Assembly: GCA_963755025.1 (NCBI GenBank)
Contig: CAVWIH010000012.1
Span: forward strand, 1-64,000
From: an uncultured Actinomycetes bacterium
Lineage (GTDB): Bacteria > Actinomycetota > Thermoleophilia > UBA2241
DNA: 64,000 bases
Direction: 5' to 3'
Positions 38,078 through 48,723 of the stretch are shown one piece after another. The position numbers and the translations under genes are program-made. Each line of letters begins with the position of its first letter. Within the stretch, counting starts at the first letter, position 1. A model generated the notes under the pieces. The model was not told the origin of the DNA and did not search any database. It saw only the letters and a program-made list of their open reading frames with translations.

Positions 38078-40104
38078 ATGCTCGTCGAGCTCAACCCCGA
38101 GCAGCTGGCCGCCGCCTCGTACGGCGACGGCCCTCTGCTGATCGTCGCCGGCGCCGGCACCGGCAAGACGGCCACGCTCGTGCACCGGGTCGCCCACCTT
38201 ATCGGGCGCGGCGTCGACCCGCGGCGCATCCTGCTGCTCACCTTCACGCGGCGCGCCGTCGGCCGAGATGTTGCGCCGCGTCGACAGCCTGCTCGCCGCC
38301 GAAGCCGTCGGCGCACGGCCGCGCCCGCGAGCGCGTCTGGGGTGGCACGTTCCACGCCATCGCCGCCCGCCTGCTGCGCATCCACGCCCGCGACCTCGGC
38401 ATGGAACCCGACTTCACCATCCTCGACCGCAGCGACTCCGAAGACCTGCTGCACGTCGAGCGCACGGCGCTCGGCCTGGGCCGCGACGGCCCCCGCTTTC
38501 CGCAAAAGGCCACCTGTCTCGACATCTACTCGCGCTGCGTCAACGCCCAGACGCCGTTGCCCGACGTCCTGCGCGTCGCGTTTCCCTGGTGTGACACGGC
38601 CGAAGAGGGCCTCGGCCGGCTTTTCGCGCGCTACACCGACGCAAAAGAAGAGCAGCAGGTGCTCGACTACGACGACCTCCTGCTGTTCTGGCGCGCGCTG
38701 CTGGCCGACCCGCTCGCCGGGGCGCGCGTGCGCGCGCGCTTCGACCACGTGCTGGTCGACGAATACCAGGACACCAACGCCCTGCAGGCCGAGATCGTCG
38801 CGCTGCTGCGCCCCGGCGGCCGCGGCGTCACCTGCGTGGGCGACGACGCCCAGGCCATCTACAGCTTCCGCGCCGCCACAGTGCGCAACATCTTCGACTT
38901 CGAGCAACGCTTTCCGGGCGCCGAGGTGCTCACCCTCACGCGCAACTACCGCTCCACGGCGCCCATCCTGGCGGCCACCAACGCCGTCATCGCCGAGGCC
39001 GCCGAGCGCCGCGACAAGGTGCTCTGGACCGAGCGCGCGGGGGGCGCGCGGCCGCTGCTCGTCACCTGCCGCGACGAAGACGAGCAGACGGCGTGGCTCG
39101 CCGAGCGCATCCTCGAGCACCGCGAGCAGGGCACGGCGCTCACCGCGCCAGGCGGTGCTGTTTCGCGCCCAGCACCATTCGCTGCTGCTCGAGATCGAGC
39201 TCTCTCGGCGCAACATCCCCTTTCGCAAGTACGGCGGCCTGCGCTTCGTCGAGATGGCGCACGTCAAAGACCTGGTCGCCTTTCTGCGCCTGGCCGAGAA
39301 CCCGCGCGACGCCATGGCGAGCCTGCGCGTGCTGGGCCTCATACCGGGCATCGGCCCGGCCACCGCGGCCACGCTCGGCGAGGCGCTCGCGGCCGGCGGC
39401 GGCGACTTCGCCGCCTGGGCCGCCGTCAGAGTGCCCGAGCCCGCGCGCGGCGTCTGGCCCGCCGTCGTCACGCTGCTGCGCGGCCTGGCCGGGGCCGCCC
39501 CCGGCGAGGTGCCGGCCCAGGTGCACGCCGTGCGTATCGTCTACCAGCCGCTGCTCGAGCGCCGCTACGACAACGCGCCGGCCCGGCTGCGCGACCTCGA
39601 GCAGATCGAGGGGCTCGCCTCGCGGGCGAGCGACCGCGCCCAGTTCCTCGCCGACCTCGTGCTCGACCCCCCGGCCTACACGCAGGAGCTCGCCGGCCCG
39701 CCGCTGCTCGACGAGGACTACCTCATCCTCTCGACCATGCACTCGGCCAAGGGCCTCGAGTTCGACGTGGTCTACGTCATGCACGCCGCCGACGGCAACA
39801 TCCCCTCCGACATGGCGACCGGCAGCACCGACGAGATCGAAGAGGAGCGCCGCCTGTTCTACGTGGCCTGCACGCGCGCCCGCGACACGCTCTACGTCAC
39901 CCACCCGCTGCGCTACTACACGCAGCCCTGGGCCAAGGCCGACACCCACGGCTACGCGCAGCGCTCGCGCTTTCTGAGCGAGGCCGTCGTGGCCCACTTC
40001 GCGCAGGCCCAGGCGGTGCCCGAGCCCCTCGGCGGCGACGGCGCGCCGCTCGAGCGCACGAGTCGGCGTCGATCCGTGCGGGCATCCGTTCACTGTGGGA
40101 ATAA
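38078..40104 (+). CDS. UvrD/Rep-family ATP-dependent helicase; several frameshifts
   Basis: LNPEQ, AGAGTGKT, LTFTRRA, GTFHA, LVDEYQDTN, VGDDAQAIYSFR, NYRS, STMHSAKGLEF, EERRLFYVACTRAR. Confidence 0.93.
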
Positions 40105-40204
40105 GCTAGGCGACAGCGGGGCGCAGGGCCGGCCGGTCCGGCGTCCCCCGACCTTCGATCGTCGAGCACGAGCTTTGCAGGGCAAGACCGATCGGGAGCA
40201 GCCC

Positions 40205-41189
40205 ATGGCGGTAGACACGCGCGACAACGTTTCCTTCCAGGACGAGGAGATGCGCGAGGTCGCCGAGGCGGCGCAGCGCATCGAGGCCAACGTGGCCTCC
40301 GTCATCCTCGGCAAGAACGACGTGGTCCGGGCCTGCGTCGTGGCCCTGCTGGCCGGCGGTCACCTCGTCATCGAAGACTATCCCGGGGTCGGCAAGACCC
40401 TGCTGGCCAAGGCCCTCGCGCGCTCCGTCGACTGCAAGTTCGCGCGCGTGCAGTTCACCCCCGACCTGCTGCCCAGCGACGTCACCGGCGTCGGCGTCTT
40501 CAACCAGAAGACGCGCGAGTTCGAGTTTCGCCCCGGCCCCATCTTCGCCAATATCGTGCTGGCCGACGAGATCAACCGCGCGTCGCCCAAGACCCAGGCC
40601 AGCCTGCTCGAGTGCATGCAGGAACGGCAGGCGACGATCGACAACACCACGCATCCGATCGCCGCGCCCTTCATGGTCATCGCCACCCAGAACCCGATCG
40701 AATACGAGGGCACCTACCCGCTGCCCGAAGCGCAGCTCGACCGCTTCATGATGCGCCTGAGCCTGGGCTACCCCGACACCGACGCCGAAGAGGCGATCCT
40801 GCACGAACAGACCTCGCGCGACCCGTTCGCGCAGCTCGGTCCGGTGCTCGACGCCGGGCAGGTGCTCGCCATGCAGCGCTGCCGTCGAGCGCGTCAAGGT
40901 CGTGCCGGCGCTCCACCGCTACGTCGTGGCCATCCTCGCGGCCACGCGCGCCACCCGCGACATCTACCTGGGCGCCAGTACCCGCGCCGGCATCACCCTC
41001 GTGCGCGCCGCCAAAGCCCTGGCGGTGCTGCGCGGGCGCGACTTCGTCGCGCCGCAAGACATCAAGGACCTCTCCGGTCGAGTGCTCGGCCATCGCATCA
41101 TCCTGTCCTCCGACGCCAAGGTGCACGGCCAGACAGAAGAAGCGGTGGTCGCCAGGCTGCTCGAAGGGGTCCCCGTACCGGGAGCATAG
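40205..41189 (+). CDS. moxR: MoxR-family AAA+ ATPase; frameshift near 40880
   Basis: EDYPGVGKT, RVQFTPDLLPSDVTG, LADEINRASPKTQASLLE, ATQNPIEYEGTYPLPEAQLDRF, GAS.RA. Confidence 0.95.
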
Positions 41190-41191
41190 GC

Positions 41192-42453
41192 ATCGTCCGT
41201 CCCACCAGCCGGGGTCTCGCTCTTCTGGCCGTGGCTCTCGCCACCTACCTGGCGGCGCGCATCCTCGGCACCTGGGAGCTCTACCTTGTGGCCGTCGCCT
41301 TTCTTGCGGCGCTCGTTGTCGTGCGTGGCTGCTCGTGGCGCACGCCGGCCGGCGGCTCACGGCCACGCGCGACCTCGTTCCCAGCCAGCCTACGAGCGGC
41401 GACGAGCTCATCGTCTCGTTTCGGGTGAGCAACGGCTCGCAGCTGCCCGGGCTGCTCGTCACGCTGCCCGACGCGACCGGCGACCTGTCGCCCTCACCCG
41501 AGACCATCGAGTTCGCCAGCCTCGGCTCGCTCCAGGAACGCGCCGCGGCGAGCGCGTCGTTTTCGGCGCGGCGCGGCGTGCACCACCTGCCCGTGCTGTG
41601 GGCCGTCGCCGAAGACCCACTCGGCCTGGTGCGCGCTCGCCGCCGCCTGGGCGAGCCGCTCGAAGTCACCATCTACCCGCGCCTCGTCGACCTCCACTCC
41701 TGCGCGCTCTTTGCCAACGTGGGCGCCCACCGCGGGCTGAGCCGGCGCGGCCTGGTGCGCCTGGGCTCCTCGGAGTTTCGCGGCATCCGGCCGCACTACC
41801 CGGGTGAGCCGCTCAGCCACGTCGACTGGAAGGCTACGGCCAAGACGGGCAACCTCATGCTGCGCGAGATGGACGATCCCGAGAGCGGCGACATCACGGT
41901 GCTGCTCGACGGCACGGCCCTGCAGGTCGCGGGCGAGGGCGCCGACTCGAACTTCGAGCTCGCCGTCGAGGCCGCCGGCTCGGTAGCCGACTTCGTGCTG
42001 GCCGCCGGACGCGGCGTCAATCTGCTGCTGCACGACGGCAACTGGCGCAACAGCCGCCTGACCCCCGACGTGAGCGGCCACCGCCGTCTGCTCGACGACC
42101 TGGCCGGCGTCAAGGCCAACGCCAGAGCGCCGCTGTCGACGGCGCTGCCGCGGCTGCGCGCCGGCGGCGGCCGCCTGGCGCGCACGCAGACGCTGGCCGT
42201 CGTCGCCCTGGCGCTCGACTCAGAGCTCGTGCGCTCGCTCATCTCGCTGCACAGAGACGGCCTGCAGGTCTCGGTCGCCGTGGTGGCGGCCGACTCGTTC
42301 CGGCCCGACGCGCCCCCGTCCGGCGACCCAAGGCTGCAGATCGCCCTCGCGGCCGCCGGCGTACCGTGCCTCACGCTGCGACGCGGCGACGACCTGCGCA
42401 CCGCCTTGTCGTACGCCCAGGCCGAACGCAGCCTCGCGGGACGGCCCCGATGA
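41192..42453 (+). CDS. DUF58-domain protein; frameshift near 41322, start uncertain
   Basis: N-terminal TM pair; RRG......V..EDPLGL; EFRGIRPHYPGEPLSHVDWKATAKTG.LMLRE; FELAVEAAGSV. Confidence 0.9.
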
Positions 42454-44690
42454 AAGTGTCGGGCAGGCTGGCCTACTTCGTCTGCCTCGCGGCCTTGGCC
42501 GTCGTCGCGGCGCTGGCCATGGCGCGCGTCGCCCGGCCCTCGATCGCCTCGGCGATGGTCTGGGCGGCGCTGCTGGCGACCGCCGCGGGTGCGCCCGGCC
42601 TGGTGCGACGGCGCGCCTGGCCCCTCGCGCTGCCCCTGCTGGTCGTCGGCGCCTACCTGGTGGCTCGCGTGCAGACCCCCCTGTCGGGCGACCGCGGCTT
42701 CCTGGGTCTCGGCTTCTACGTCGGCCAGATCCGCTCGGGCGCCCACGCCTACTCCACGCGCGCCTTCCCTCTGCCCCTCTTCGGGGCGCCGGGGCTCAGG
42801 CTCCTGCTCACGCTCGTCGTCTACGCGGGCGCCGGCCTCGCGTCGCTGCTCGCCCTCGGCCTGCGCCGCCCGCTGGCGGCGATCGTCGTCTTCCTCATGC
42901 TCCTGGGCTTCAGCCTGACGGTCGACGGCGCCGGCAGCGTCGTGGCGCTGCCCCTCACCTTCCTGGTGCTGTCGGGCTGTCTGCTGGCCCTCTCTCGCTC
43001 GCTCGAGCGGGCCCGGGGCACCGCCGAGGGCGTCGTGGCCGGTGCGGCCACGGCGGTGGTGGCTACCGTCCTCGCGCTGTTCCTGCTGGTGGCGACCCCC
43101 GTCGCGGCCAGCAAGCCCTGGCAGGACTGGAGCACGTGGGGGTCGGCCGGAGCGAACGCGTCACGCCTCACCTTCGACTTCATGTTGAACTATCCCAGCC
43201 TCCTCGACCCCAAGACCAACGCGCCGGTCTTCACGGTCCAGTCGCAGATCCCCTCGTACTGGCGAGCCAACGCCCTCGAAGACTTCACCGGCCAGGCGTG
43301 GCTGGCGCCCGCGGCGAGGGGTGCGCCGCTTGCCCCCGAAGACGTCGCCGACCAGAACACCTACGACGTGCCGAGCGGCTTGTCGCCCTTGTCGGGCACG
43401 GCGACCCTCGAGCTCTTCAAGCTGCAGTCCCTGTCGACCCCGTTCCTGCTGTCGGGCGGTCTTCCCCAGGTCGTGAACGTGAGCGGGCGCGCGCCCCTGT
43501 ACGCGATAGGCCCGCAGGCGCTCCAGTTGCCGCGGGCGCTGGCACCTCAGGCGAGCTACTCGGTCACCGCCACGATCGCCCAGCACAAGCCCACCGACCT
43601 GGTCGCCCGTGGGCGCGACTACCCGGCGGCCGTGGCCGGCGACCTCGCCCTGCCGTTCCCCGCCGCCGCGCCGTTCACCGCGCAGCAGTGGCTCGCCGCC
43701 ATGAGCGGCAGCGCCGCCGACAGGGAATGGCGCGGCCTGTACGCGCTCAACCAGCAGATCGTGGGCCAGGCCACCGACCCCTACCAGATCACGCTTCGTA
43801 TCGAGCAGTACCTGCGCCCGCACTACACCTACTCGCTCACCCCGCCGCCGACCCACTACGCGTCGCCCTACGCGGCGTTCCTGTTCGACACGCGCATCGG
43901 CTACTGCCAGCACTTCGCCGGCGCCATGGCCGTGCTGCTGCGCTTCAACGGGATACCCGCCCGCGTGGCGGTCGGCTTCACGACCGGTGGCCTGGTCGGC
44001 CAAAGACACCTACGCCGTCGACAGGAACGATGCCCACGCCTGGGTCGAGGTCTACTTCCCCGACGTCGGCTGGGCGCGTTCGACCCCACACCGGGCGACA
44101 GCCTGCCCGGCGTCGGCCCGTCGTCGACCAACGCCGGCTTCGTCGACCCTTCCCCAGGAGCGTCGGGGCGCGGCCTCGGTCGCCGCCGGGGACCGCGCCG
44201 CCGAAGCTGCAGGGCCTGCCCAACGGCGCGACGGCCAAGAAGCCGAGCGGCGGTACTGGGCGCCGTCGCCGCGACCTCGCGCACGCCCCGACTGGCTGCC
44301 CTGGGCGCTGGGCCTCGCGTGCGCCGTCTGGCCTGGCCGTTCGCCACGGGCCGCCGTGCGACGCCGCGGCCTGCACCGGGGCGGCGCCGACGCCGGCTGC
44401 GGGCCTCGCTCGCGCTGGTTACTGCCGAGCTCGACGACTACGGCGTCGGCGTACCGCGCTCGCAGACGCTCGAGGAGACCGCGCGCCTGCTGAAGGAGTG
44501 CCTCGGACTACGACGCGACCCGCTCACCGATCGCGCCGAAGCCGTGCTGTTCGGCGGGCGCGCCGCCGACGGGCGCGATCTGGCCGACATCGCCAGGCTG
44601 CGCGCCGAGCTGCGGCGCCGGTTGCGGGCGCGCGCGGGCTGGACCGGCGCCGTGCGGGCGAGCTACGGTCTGCGCGCGGCGCTGCGGTAG
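42450..44690 (+). CDS. Membrane-bound transglutaminase-like protein (TgpA/DUF3488 - transglutaminase - DUF4129-like); frameshifts near 44000-44340
   Basis: N-terminal TM bundle; YWRA..L..F.G..W; catalytic GYCQHFAGAMAVLLR..GIPARVAVGF; AHAWVEVYFP..GW; FDPTP. Confidence 0.9.
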   Translation: MKVSGRLAYFVCLAALAVVAALAMARVARPSIASAMVWAALLATAAGAPGLVRRRAWPLALPLLVVGAYLVARVQTPLSGDRGFLGLGFYVGQIRSGAHAYSTRAFPLPLFGAPGLRLLLTLVVYAGAGLASLLALGLRRPLAAIVVFLMLLGFSLTVDGAGSVVALPLTFLVLSGCLLALSRSLERARGTAEGVVAGAATAVVATVLALFLLVATPVAASKPWQDWSTWGSAGANASRLTFDFMLNYPSLLDPKTNAPVFTVQSQIPSYWRANALEDFTGQAWLAPAARGAPLAPEDVADQNTYDVPSGLSPLSGTATLELFKLQSLSTPFLLSGGLPQVVNVSGRAPLYAIGPQALQLPRALAPQASYSVTATIAQHKPTDLVARGRDYPAAVAGDLALPFPAAAPFTAQQWLAAMSGSAADREWRGLYALNQQIVGQATDPYQITLRIEQYLRPHYTYSLTPPPTHYASPYAAFLFDTRIGYCQHFAGAMAVLLRFNGIPARVAVGFTTGGLVGQRHLRRRQERCPRLGRGLLPRRRLGAFDPTPGDSLPGVGPSSTNAGFVDPSPGASGRGLGRRRGPRRRSCRACPTARRPRSRAAVLGAVAATSRTPRLAALGAGPRVRRLAWPFATGRRATPRPAPGRRRRRLRASLALVTAELDDYGVGVPRSQTLEETARLLKECLGLRRDPLTDRAEAVLFGGRAADGRDLADIARLRAELRRRLRARAGWTGAVRASYGLRAALR

Positions 44691-44810
44691 CCGCGCAAGG
44701 CGCCGCGCCGGCTTGCAGGGCGCCCGCCGGAGTGCAGCAAGGCCCGCCGTCGCGGCGCCCGAGCGCCCGCAGTTCGCCCACCCGGCGCCGCGCCTGAGCG
44801 CGGGCGCGGC

Positions 44811-46379
44811 TCACGCCATGAAGGCCCGCGCGAGGGTCTCGAACAGCCGTGCCTCTGCGGCGTCGACGGCGCGGCCCGAATAGCGTGCCCGTTCGTAGAT
44901 CTCGGCAAGATCGACGGCCGCCTCGATCGGCGCCGTGACCGGCGCGGCGCCCGGCGCGGCACTCGCCACGAGCGGCTCGCCAGACGTGCCGCCGGCCGTG
45001 ACCGGCTCGCACGGTGCGGCGCCGGGCGCGACCGGCTCGCGCGGTGCGGCGCCGAGCGCGACCGGCTCGCCCGCGGGCTCGCCGGCAGGCGCCGCCGATA
45101 CGGCGGCGAGGTAGTCGCGCACGGTGACCCCCGGCTCGCGGGGCCTGCCCGCGCGGGCGAGCCGCCGCTCGAGGTCGGCGTAGCGCAGTCGGACAAGCTC
45201 GCCCGGCGTGCCGGGCCTGCGCCTCGGGCGGCGGCGCAGCCGCCGCCCGAGGCGCGCCGCGGCCAGCCCGGCCGCGGTCTTGAGCGAGACGAGCGACTCA
45301 CGCTCCTCGACCACCATGGCCGCGGCCTGTGGCGAGCGGCGGGAGCGACGCAGGGCGACGAAGACGAGGGCGCACGAAAGCACGCAGGCGGCCACCGCGC
45401 CGAGCGTCGTGAAGAGCAGCCGCGACCCGGCCCACTCCTTCGGGCCGTTCCGGCCGGGTCGAGCGAGGGCCGCCCCATGGAACGACGCCGGCGGCTTCTG
45501 GCCGGCGTGCCCGAGATGCACGTGGACGACGCTCAGCAGCGCGGCGATCGCGCGCACGGCCTCAGCCGCGGCGTAGGCGACGAGGTAGGCGACGACGGCG
45601 AGCACGGAACGCGCCACGAAGGCGACCGCGTCGAGCATGCCGAGCGCCACGCCCGCGCGCAGGACCTGGCTGAGCAGCGCAGCCAGCGCCACGACGAAGA
45701 CGATGGCGCCGGCCACGGCCAGCAGCCACGGCCGGACGGCCAGCCGCTCGGCCGGGTCGACCAGCGCGACGAGCGTCTGGTGGCGCACCACGGCCACGAG
45801 CAGGCCCCCGGCGGCCAGCGACGCGACCACCGCCCAGAGCCCCCAGGCCGGCGTGAAGCCGGCGAGGGCGGCGAAGGCGAGCACGGTGCACAGCAGGACG
45901 AAGCCGCGCACCGCGCGACGCACCGCGGTCTCGGGCTCAGACCGAGCGTCGCCCAGGCGGGCGCCCAGGGCGACCAGCCCGGCGACGAACACCAGGTCCC
46001 GGACGACCAGCCAGAGCGTCGACGGGTGCGCCCAGGCGCTGCCGGCCACGGCCAGCACGGCGGCGCCGGTCGCGACCAGCCCGATCTCGCGCAGGAACGC
46101 GGCGCGCCTGCCGGCGTCTCCGGCGGCGCCGTGAGCCGCGCCCTCGCCGTCGTGGTCGTCGTCGGCGTCGCCGCTGCCGGCGCGTCCGCGGCGCCGATCT
46201 GCGACCTGCCCGGCGGCCAGCGCGGCGGCGAGCACCACGGCGCAGGCAAAGACGGCGAGCCACAGGGCTCGCGGCGGCGATGCCTCGACCGCCGCCGCCG
46301 CGAGACAGGCGCACCACAGGCCTTCGACTCCCGCGCCCAGCGCGAGGCCGGCGAGGTCAAGCGAGGAGGGGGAGCGCAT
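44811..46379 (-). CDS. Multi-TM membrane protein with C-terminal DUF4129-like domain
   Basis: About 8 TM segments; VRLRY..LE..L...G.PR.PG.T..DY; LAEIYERARYS. Confidence 0.8.
   Translation of the reverse strand: MRSPSSLDLAGLALGAGVEGLWCACLAAAAVEASPPRALWLAVFACAVVLAAALAAGQVADRRRGRAGSGDADDDHDGEGAAHGAAGDAGRRAAFLREIGLVATGAAVLAVAGSAWAHPSTLWLVVRDLVFVAGLVALGARLGDARSEPETAVRRAVRGFVLLCTVLAFAALAGFTPAWGLWAVVASLAAGGLLVAVVRHQTLVALVDPAERLAVRPWLLAVAGAIVFVVALAALLSQVLRAGVALGMLDAVAFVARSVLAVVAYLVAYAAAEAVRAIAALLSVVHVHLGHAGQKPPASFHGAALARPGRNGPKEWAGSRLLFTTLGAVAACVLSCALVFVALRRSRRSPQAAAMVVEERESLVSLKTAAGLAAARLGRRLRRRPRRRPGTPGELVRLRYADLERRLARAGRPREPGVTVRDYLAAVSAAPAGEPAGEPVALGAAPREPVAPGAAPCEPVTAGGTSGEPLVASAAPGAAPVTAPIEAAVDLAEIYERARYSGRAVDAAEARLFETLARAFMA
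44935..45075. repeat. Imperfect 30-bp tandem repeats within the DUF4129 domain (EPVAxGAAP units)
   Basis: accggctcgc recurs at 45001, 45031 and 45061, with more degenerate copies beside them. Confidence 0.8.
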
Positions 46380-47562
46380 CGCTCGTCCTCCAGTCGAACT
46401 CTGCCGGCACGACGGCGTCGACGAAGCGCGCCTCGGCCTGCGTCGGCCGCCCCACGTAGACGACCCTGGTCGGGCGTTCGGCGCGCAGCAGGGCGAGCCG
46501 GTCGAGCACGCTCTCGCGCAGGGCGGCGGTGACCACCAGGCACTCGGCGTGGCTGCTCTCGTCGGCGAGCTCGACGGCGAGCGTGCGCTCGAAGCCGCGG
46601 GCCGTGAACAGGTGCACGCGGGCCAGCATCTCGAGGATCTCGGGCAGCGCTCCCTGGGCGGGTTCGACGTCGGCCACGCGCCAGTCGCCAGTCAGACGGG
46701 CGTTAGAGGCGAGCCCCACGCCAAAGCCCTGCGCGGCGACCGCGCCGGCGAGGGAAGCGGCCACCACACAGAGCAGCTCCATGCGTGCGGAGCCCATGCC
46801 CTGCCAGGCGTTCTGCAGCACGCCGACGTCGAGCAGCAGGCGCACGGCGGCGAGTGAGGCCGGCTCGAACTCGTTGGTCTGCAGCGCGCCCGCGCGCGCC
46901 GTGGCTCGCCAGTTGATGGCGCGCATCGGGTCGCCGGCGCGGTACTCCCTGATGCCGCGCAGCGCCGTAGGGTCGCTGGCGAGCGAGCGCGCCGCGGCCT
47001 CTTCGGCCAGCGGGCGGCCCAGGAACGCCGTGAAGTCGGGCACCTCGAGCACCTTGGGCAGCACGGCGACCTCGACACGCGCGTCGAGCTCGTCGCTCAC
47101 CCCGGCGACGCCGAACGGGTCGCCGGCCTCGAGCTCGACGGGACCGAAGCGGTGCAGGCCGCGCGCCGTGCAACGCACGCGATAGCGCCGCCGCAGCAGC
47201 TCGTACCAGCGCACCGAGACGGTCTGCTCGAAGACCTGCAGGCCGCGTCCCAGGGGCCGCAGCGTGAAGCCGAGCGGCTCGAGGCCGGCGGGCCACTGGT
47301 CGCGGACGCGCATCCACAGCAGGGGGAGCAGCTTGGCGTTGGTGACGCTGACCGTCACCTCGAGCTCGCCGCCCCACGACACGACGCGCCGCGACAGCGT
47401 GCGCTCGAAGGTCACGGCGGCGAACACGCGCCGCCGGGTCGCCACGACGAGGGCGGTCAGGAACGCGGCGCAGAGCGCCGCCACGACCAGCGCCGGCGAG
47501 TGCAGCAGGGCCGCGAGGGCGACCGCCGCGGCGCCGGCGGCGGCTATCGACTTGAGCCGCAC
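46357..47562 (-). CDS. DUF58-domain protein
   Basis: N.KLLPL.W; RG...FGPV.L..GDPFG; GIREYRAGDPMRAINWRATAR.G.LQ...FEP. Confidence 0.9.
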   Translation of the reverse strand: MRLKSIAAAGAAAVALAALLHSPALVVAALCAAFLTALVVATRRRVFAAVTFERTLSRRVVSWGGELEVTVSVTNAKLLPLLWMRVRDQWPAGLEPLGFTLRPLGRGLQVFEQTVSVRWYELLRRRYRVRCTARGLHRFGPVELEAGDPFGVAGVSDELDARVEVAVLPKVLEVPDFTAFLGRPLAEEAAARSLASDPTALRGIREYRAGDPMRAINWRATARAGALQTNEFEPASLAAVRLLLDVGVLQNAWQGMGSARMELLCVVAASLAGAVAAQGFGVGLASNARLTGDWRVADVEPAQGALPEILEMLARVHLFTARGFERTLAVELADESSHAECLVVTAALRESVLDRLALLRAERPTRVVYVGRPTQAEARFVDAVVPAEFDWRTSDALPLLA

Positions 47563-47575
47563 GACCGGCCTTCGA

Positions 47576-48559
47576 TCATGCGACCGGCGGCTCGCCGTCG
47601 CCGGGCTCGGCGGGCACGGGCACTGCGGCCGCGACCTCGCGCAGCACGTCGGCGGCGTCGCGTCCGTCGATCGCCGCGTCGCGCGCGACGATGAGCCGAT
47701 GCGCGAGGACCGGCACGATGAGCTCCTGCACGTCGTCGGGGGTCACGTAGTCGCGCCCGGCCAGCGCCGCAACGGCCTGTGCGGCGTGTTGCAGCGAGAG
47801 CGAAGCGCGCGGGCTGGCGCCGAGGCGCAGGAGCGACGACTCGCGGGTCGCCTGGACGAGCGCCACCAGGTAGCGCGCGACGTCGTCGGCCACGTGCACC
47901 TCGCGCACCGCGGCGCGCACCGCCGGCAGGGACTCTGCCACGGCCACCGGCCGCACCTGGGCGAGCGGGTCGCCGGCGCGGAAGCGCTCGAGCATGAGGA
48001 TCTCCTCGTCGCCGGTCGGGTAGCCCATGCGCAGGCGCAGCAGGAACCGGTCGAGTTGCGCCTCGGGCAGCGGGAACGTGCCCTTGAGCTCGACCGGGTT
48101 CTGCGTGGCCAGCAACAGGAACGGGCGCGGCAGGGGGTGCGTGACGCCGTCGACGGTCACGCCCCGCTCCTCCATCGCCTCGAGAAAGGCCGACTGCGTG
48201 CGCGGCGTGGCGCGGTTGACCTCGTCGGCGAGCACGACGTTGGCGAACAGCGGACCCGGGCGGAACTCGAAGTCGCCGCGACGCTGGTCGAAGACCATCG
48301 CCCCGGTGACGTCGGCGGGCAGCAGGTCGGCCGTGCACTGCACGCGGGCGAAGCTCAGGCCCAGAGCGGCCGCGACCGTGCGCACGAGCAGGGTCTTGGC
48401 GACGCCGGGCACGTCGTCGAGCAGGACGTGGCCGTCGGCCAGGAGGGCCACCGCGATGAGCCGCGTCTGGTCGGCCTTACCGACGATGACGCCGCCTACC
48501 TGGTCGGTGAGGGCGCGGCCCAGGTCGGCGGGACTGAGGGTGACGGGATCGAGTGGTAT
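47576..48559 (-). CDS. moxR: Second MoxR-family AAA+ ATPase (start uncertain; in-frame ATA after GGAGG)
   Basis: GHVLLDDVPGVAKT, LADEVNRATPRTQSAFLEAM, ATQNPVE..GTFPLPEAQLDRF, LGASPRA. The frame stays open upstream of the track start (VGGVIVGK). Confidence 0.93.
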   Translation of the reverse strand: MPLDPVTLSPADLGRALTDQVGGVIVGKADQTRLIAVALLADGHVLLDDVPGVAKTLLVRTVAAALGLSFARVQCTADLLPADVTGAMVFDQRRGDFEFRPGPLFANVVLADEVNRATPRTQSAFLEAMEERGVTVDGVTHPLPRPFLLLATQNPVELKGTFPLPEAQLDRFLLRLRMGYPTGDEEILMLERFRAGDPLAQVRPVAVAESLPAVRAAVREVHVADDVARYLVALVQATRESSLLRLGASPRASLSLQHAAQAVAALAGRDYVTPDDVQELIVPVLAHRLIVARDAAIDGRDAADVLREVAAAVPVPAEPGDGEPPVA

Positions 48560-48647
48560 GGAGCGGCCTCCGGCGATCGCTGCAGCGGCCCGACTGTACT
48601 ACATCGGCCGGCCCGGCGGCAGGCCGCCGCGACCGGCGGGCCGCCCC

Positions 48648-48713
48648 GCGCGTGACCGGTCGCCGCCCGCCTGCGCGTGAACGGTCGCCGCCCGCCTGCG
48701 CGCGGGCGGCGAC
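48648..48713. repeat. 25-bp direct duplication plus inverted arm (terminator-like hairpin with duplicated arm)
   Basis: gcgcgtga(c/a)cggtcgccgcccgcct x2, followed by gcgggcggcgac, which is complementary to gtcgccgcccgc. Confidence 0.75.
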
Positions 48714-48723
48714 GCTTGTGCGC

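Noticed and set aside
37774-39471. N-terminal extension making the surface protein 2799 aa
   Set aside because: Mostly antisense shadow of the UvrD gene; the signal peptide and RBS place the start at 37773.
38036-41428. 1130-aa helicase-MoxR fusion
   Set aside because: Produced by frameshifts; UvrD ends at TAA 40104 and MoxR has its own RBS and ATG at 40205.
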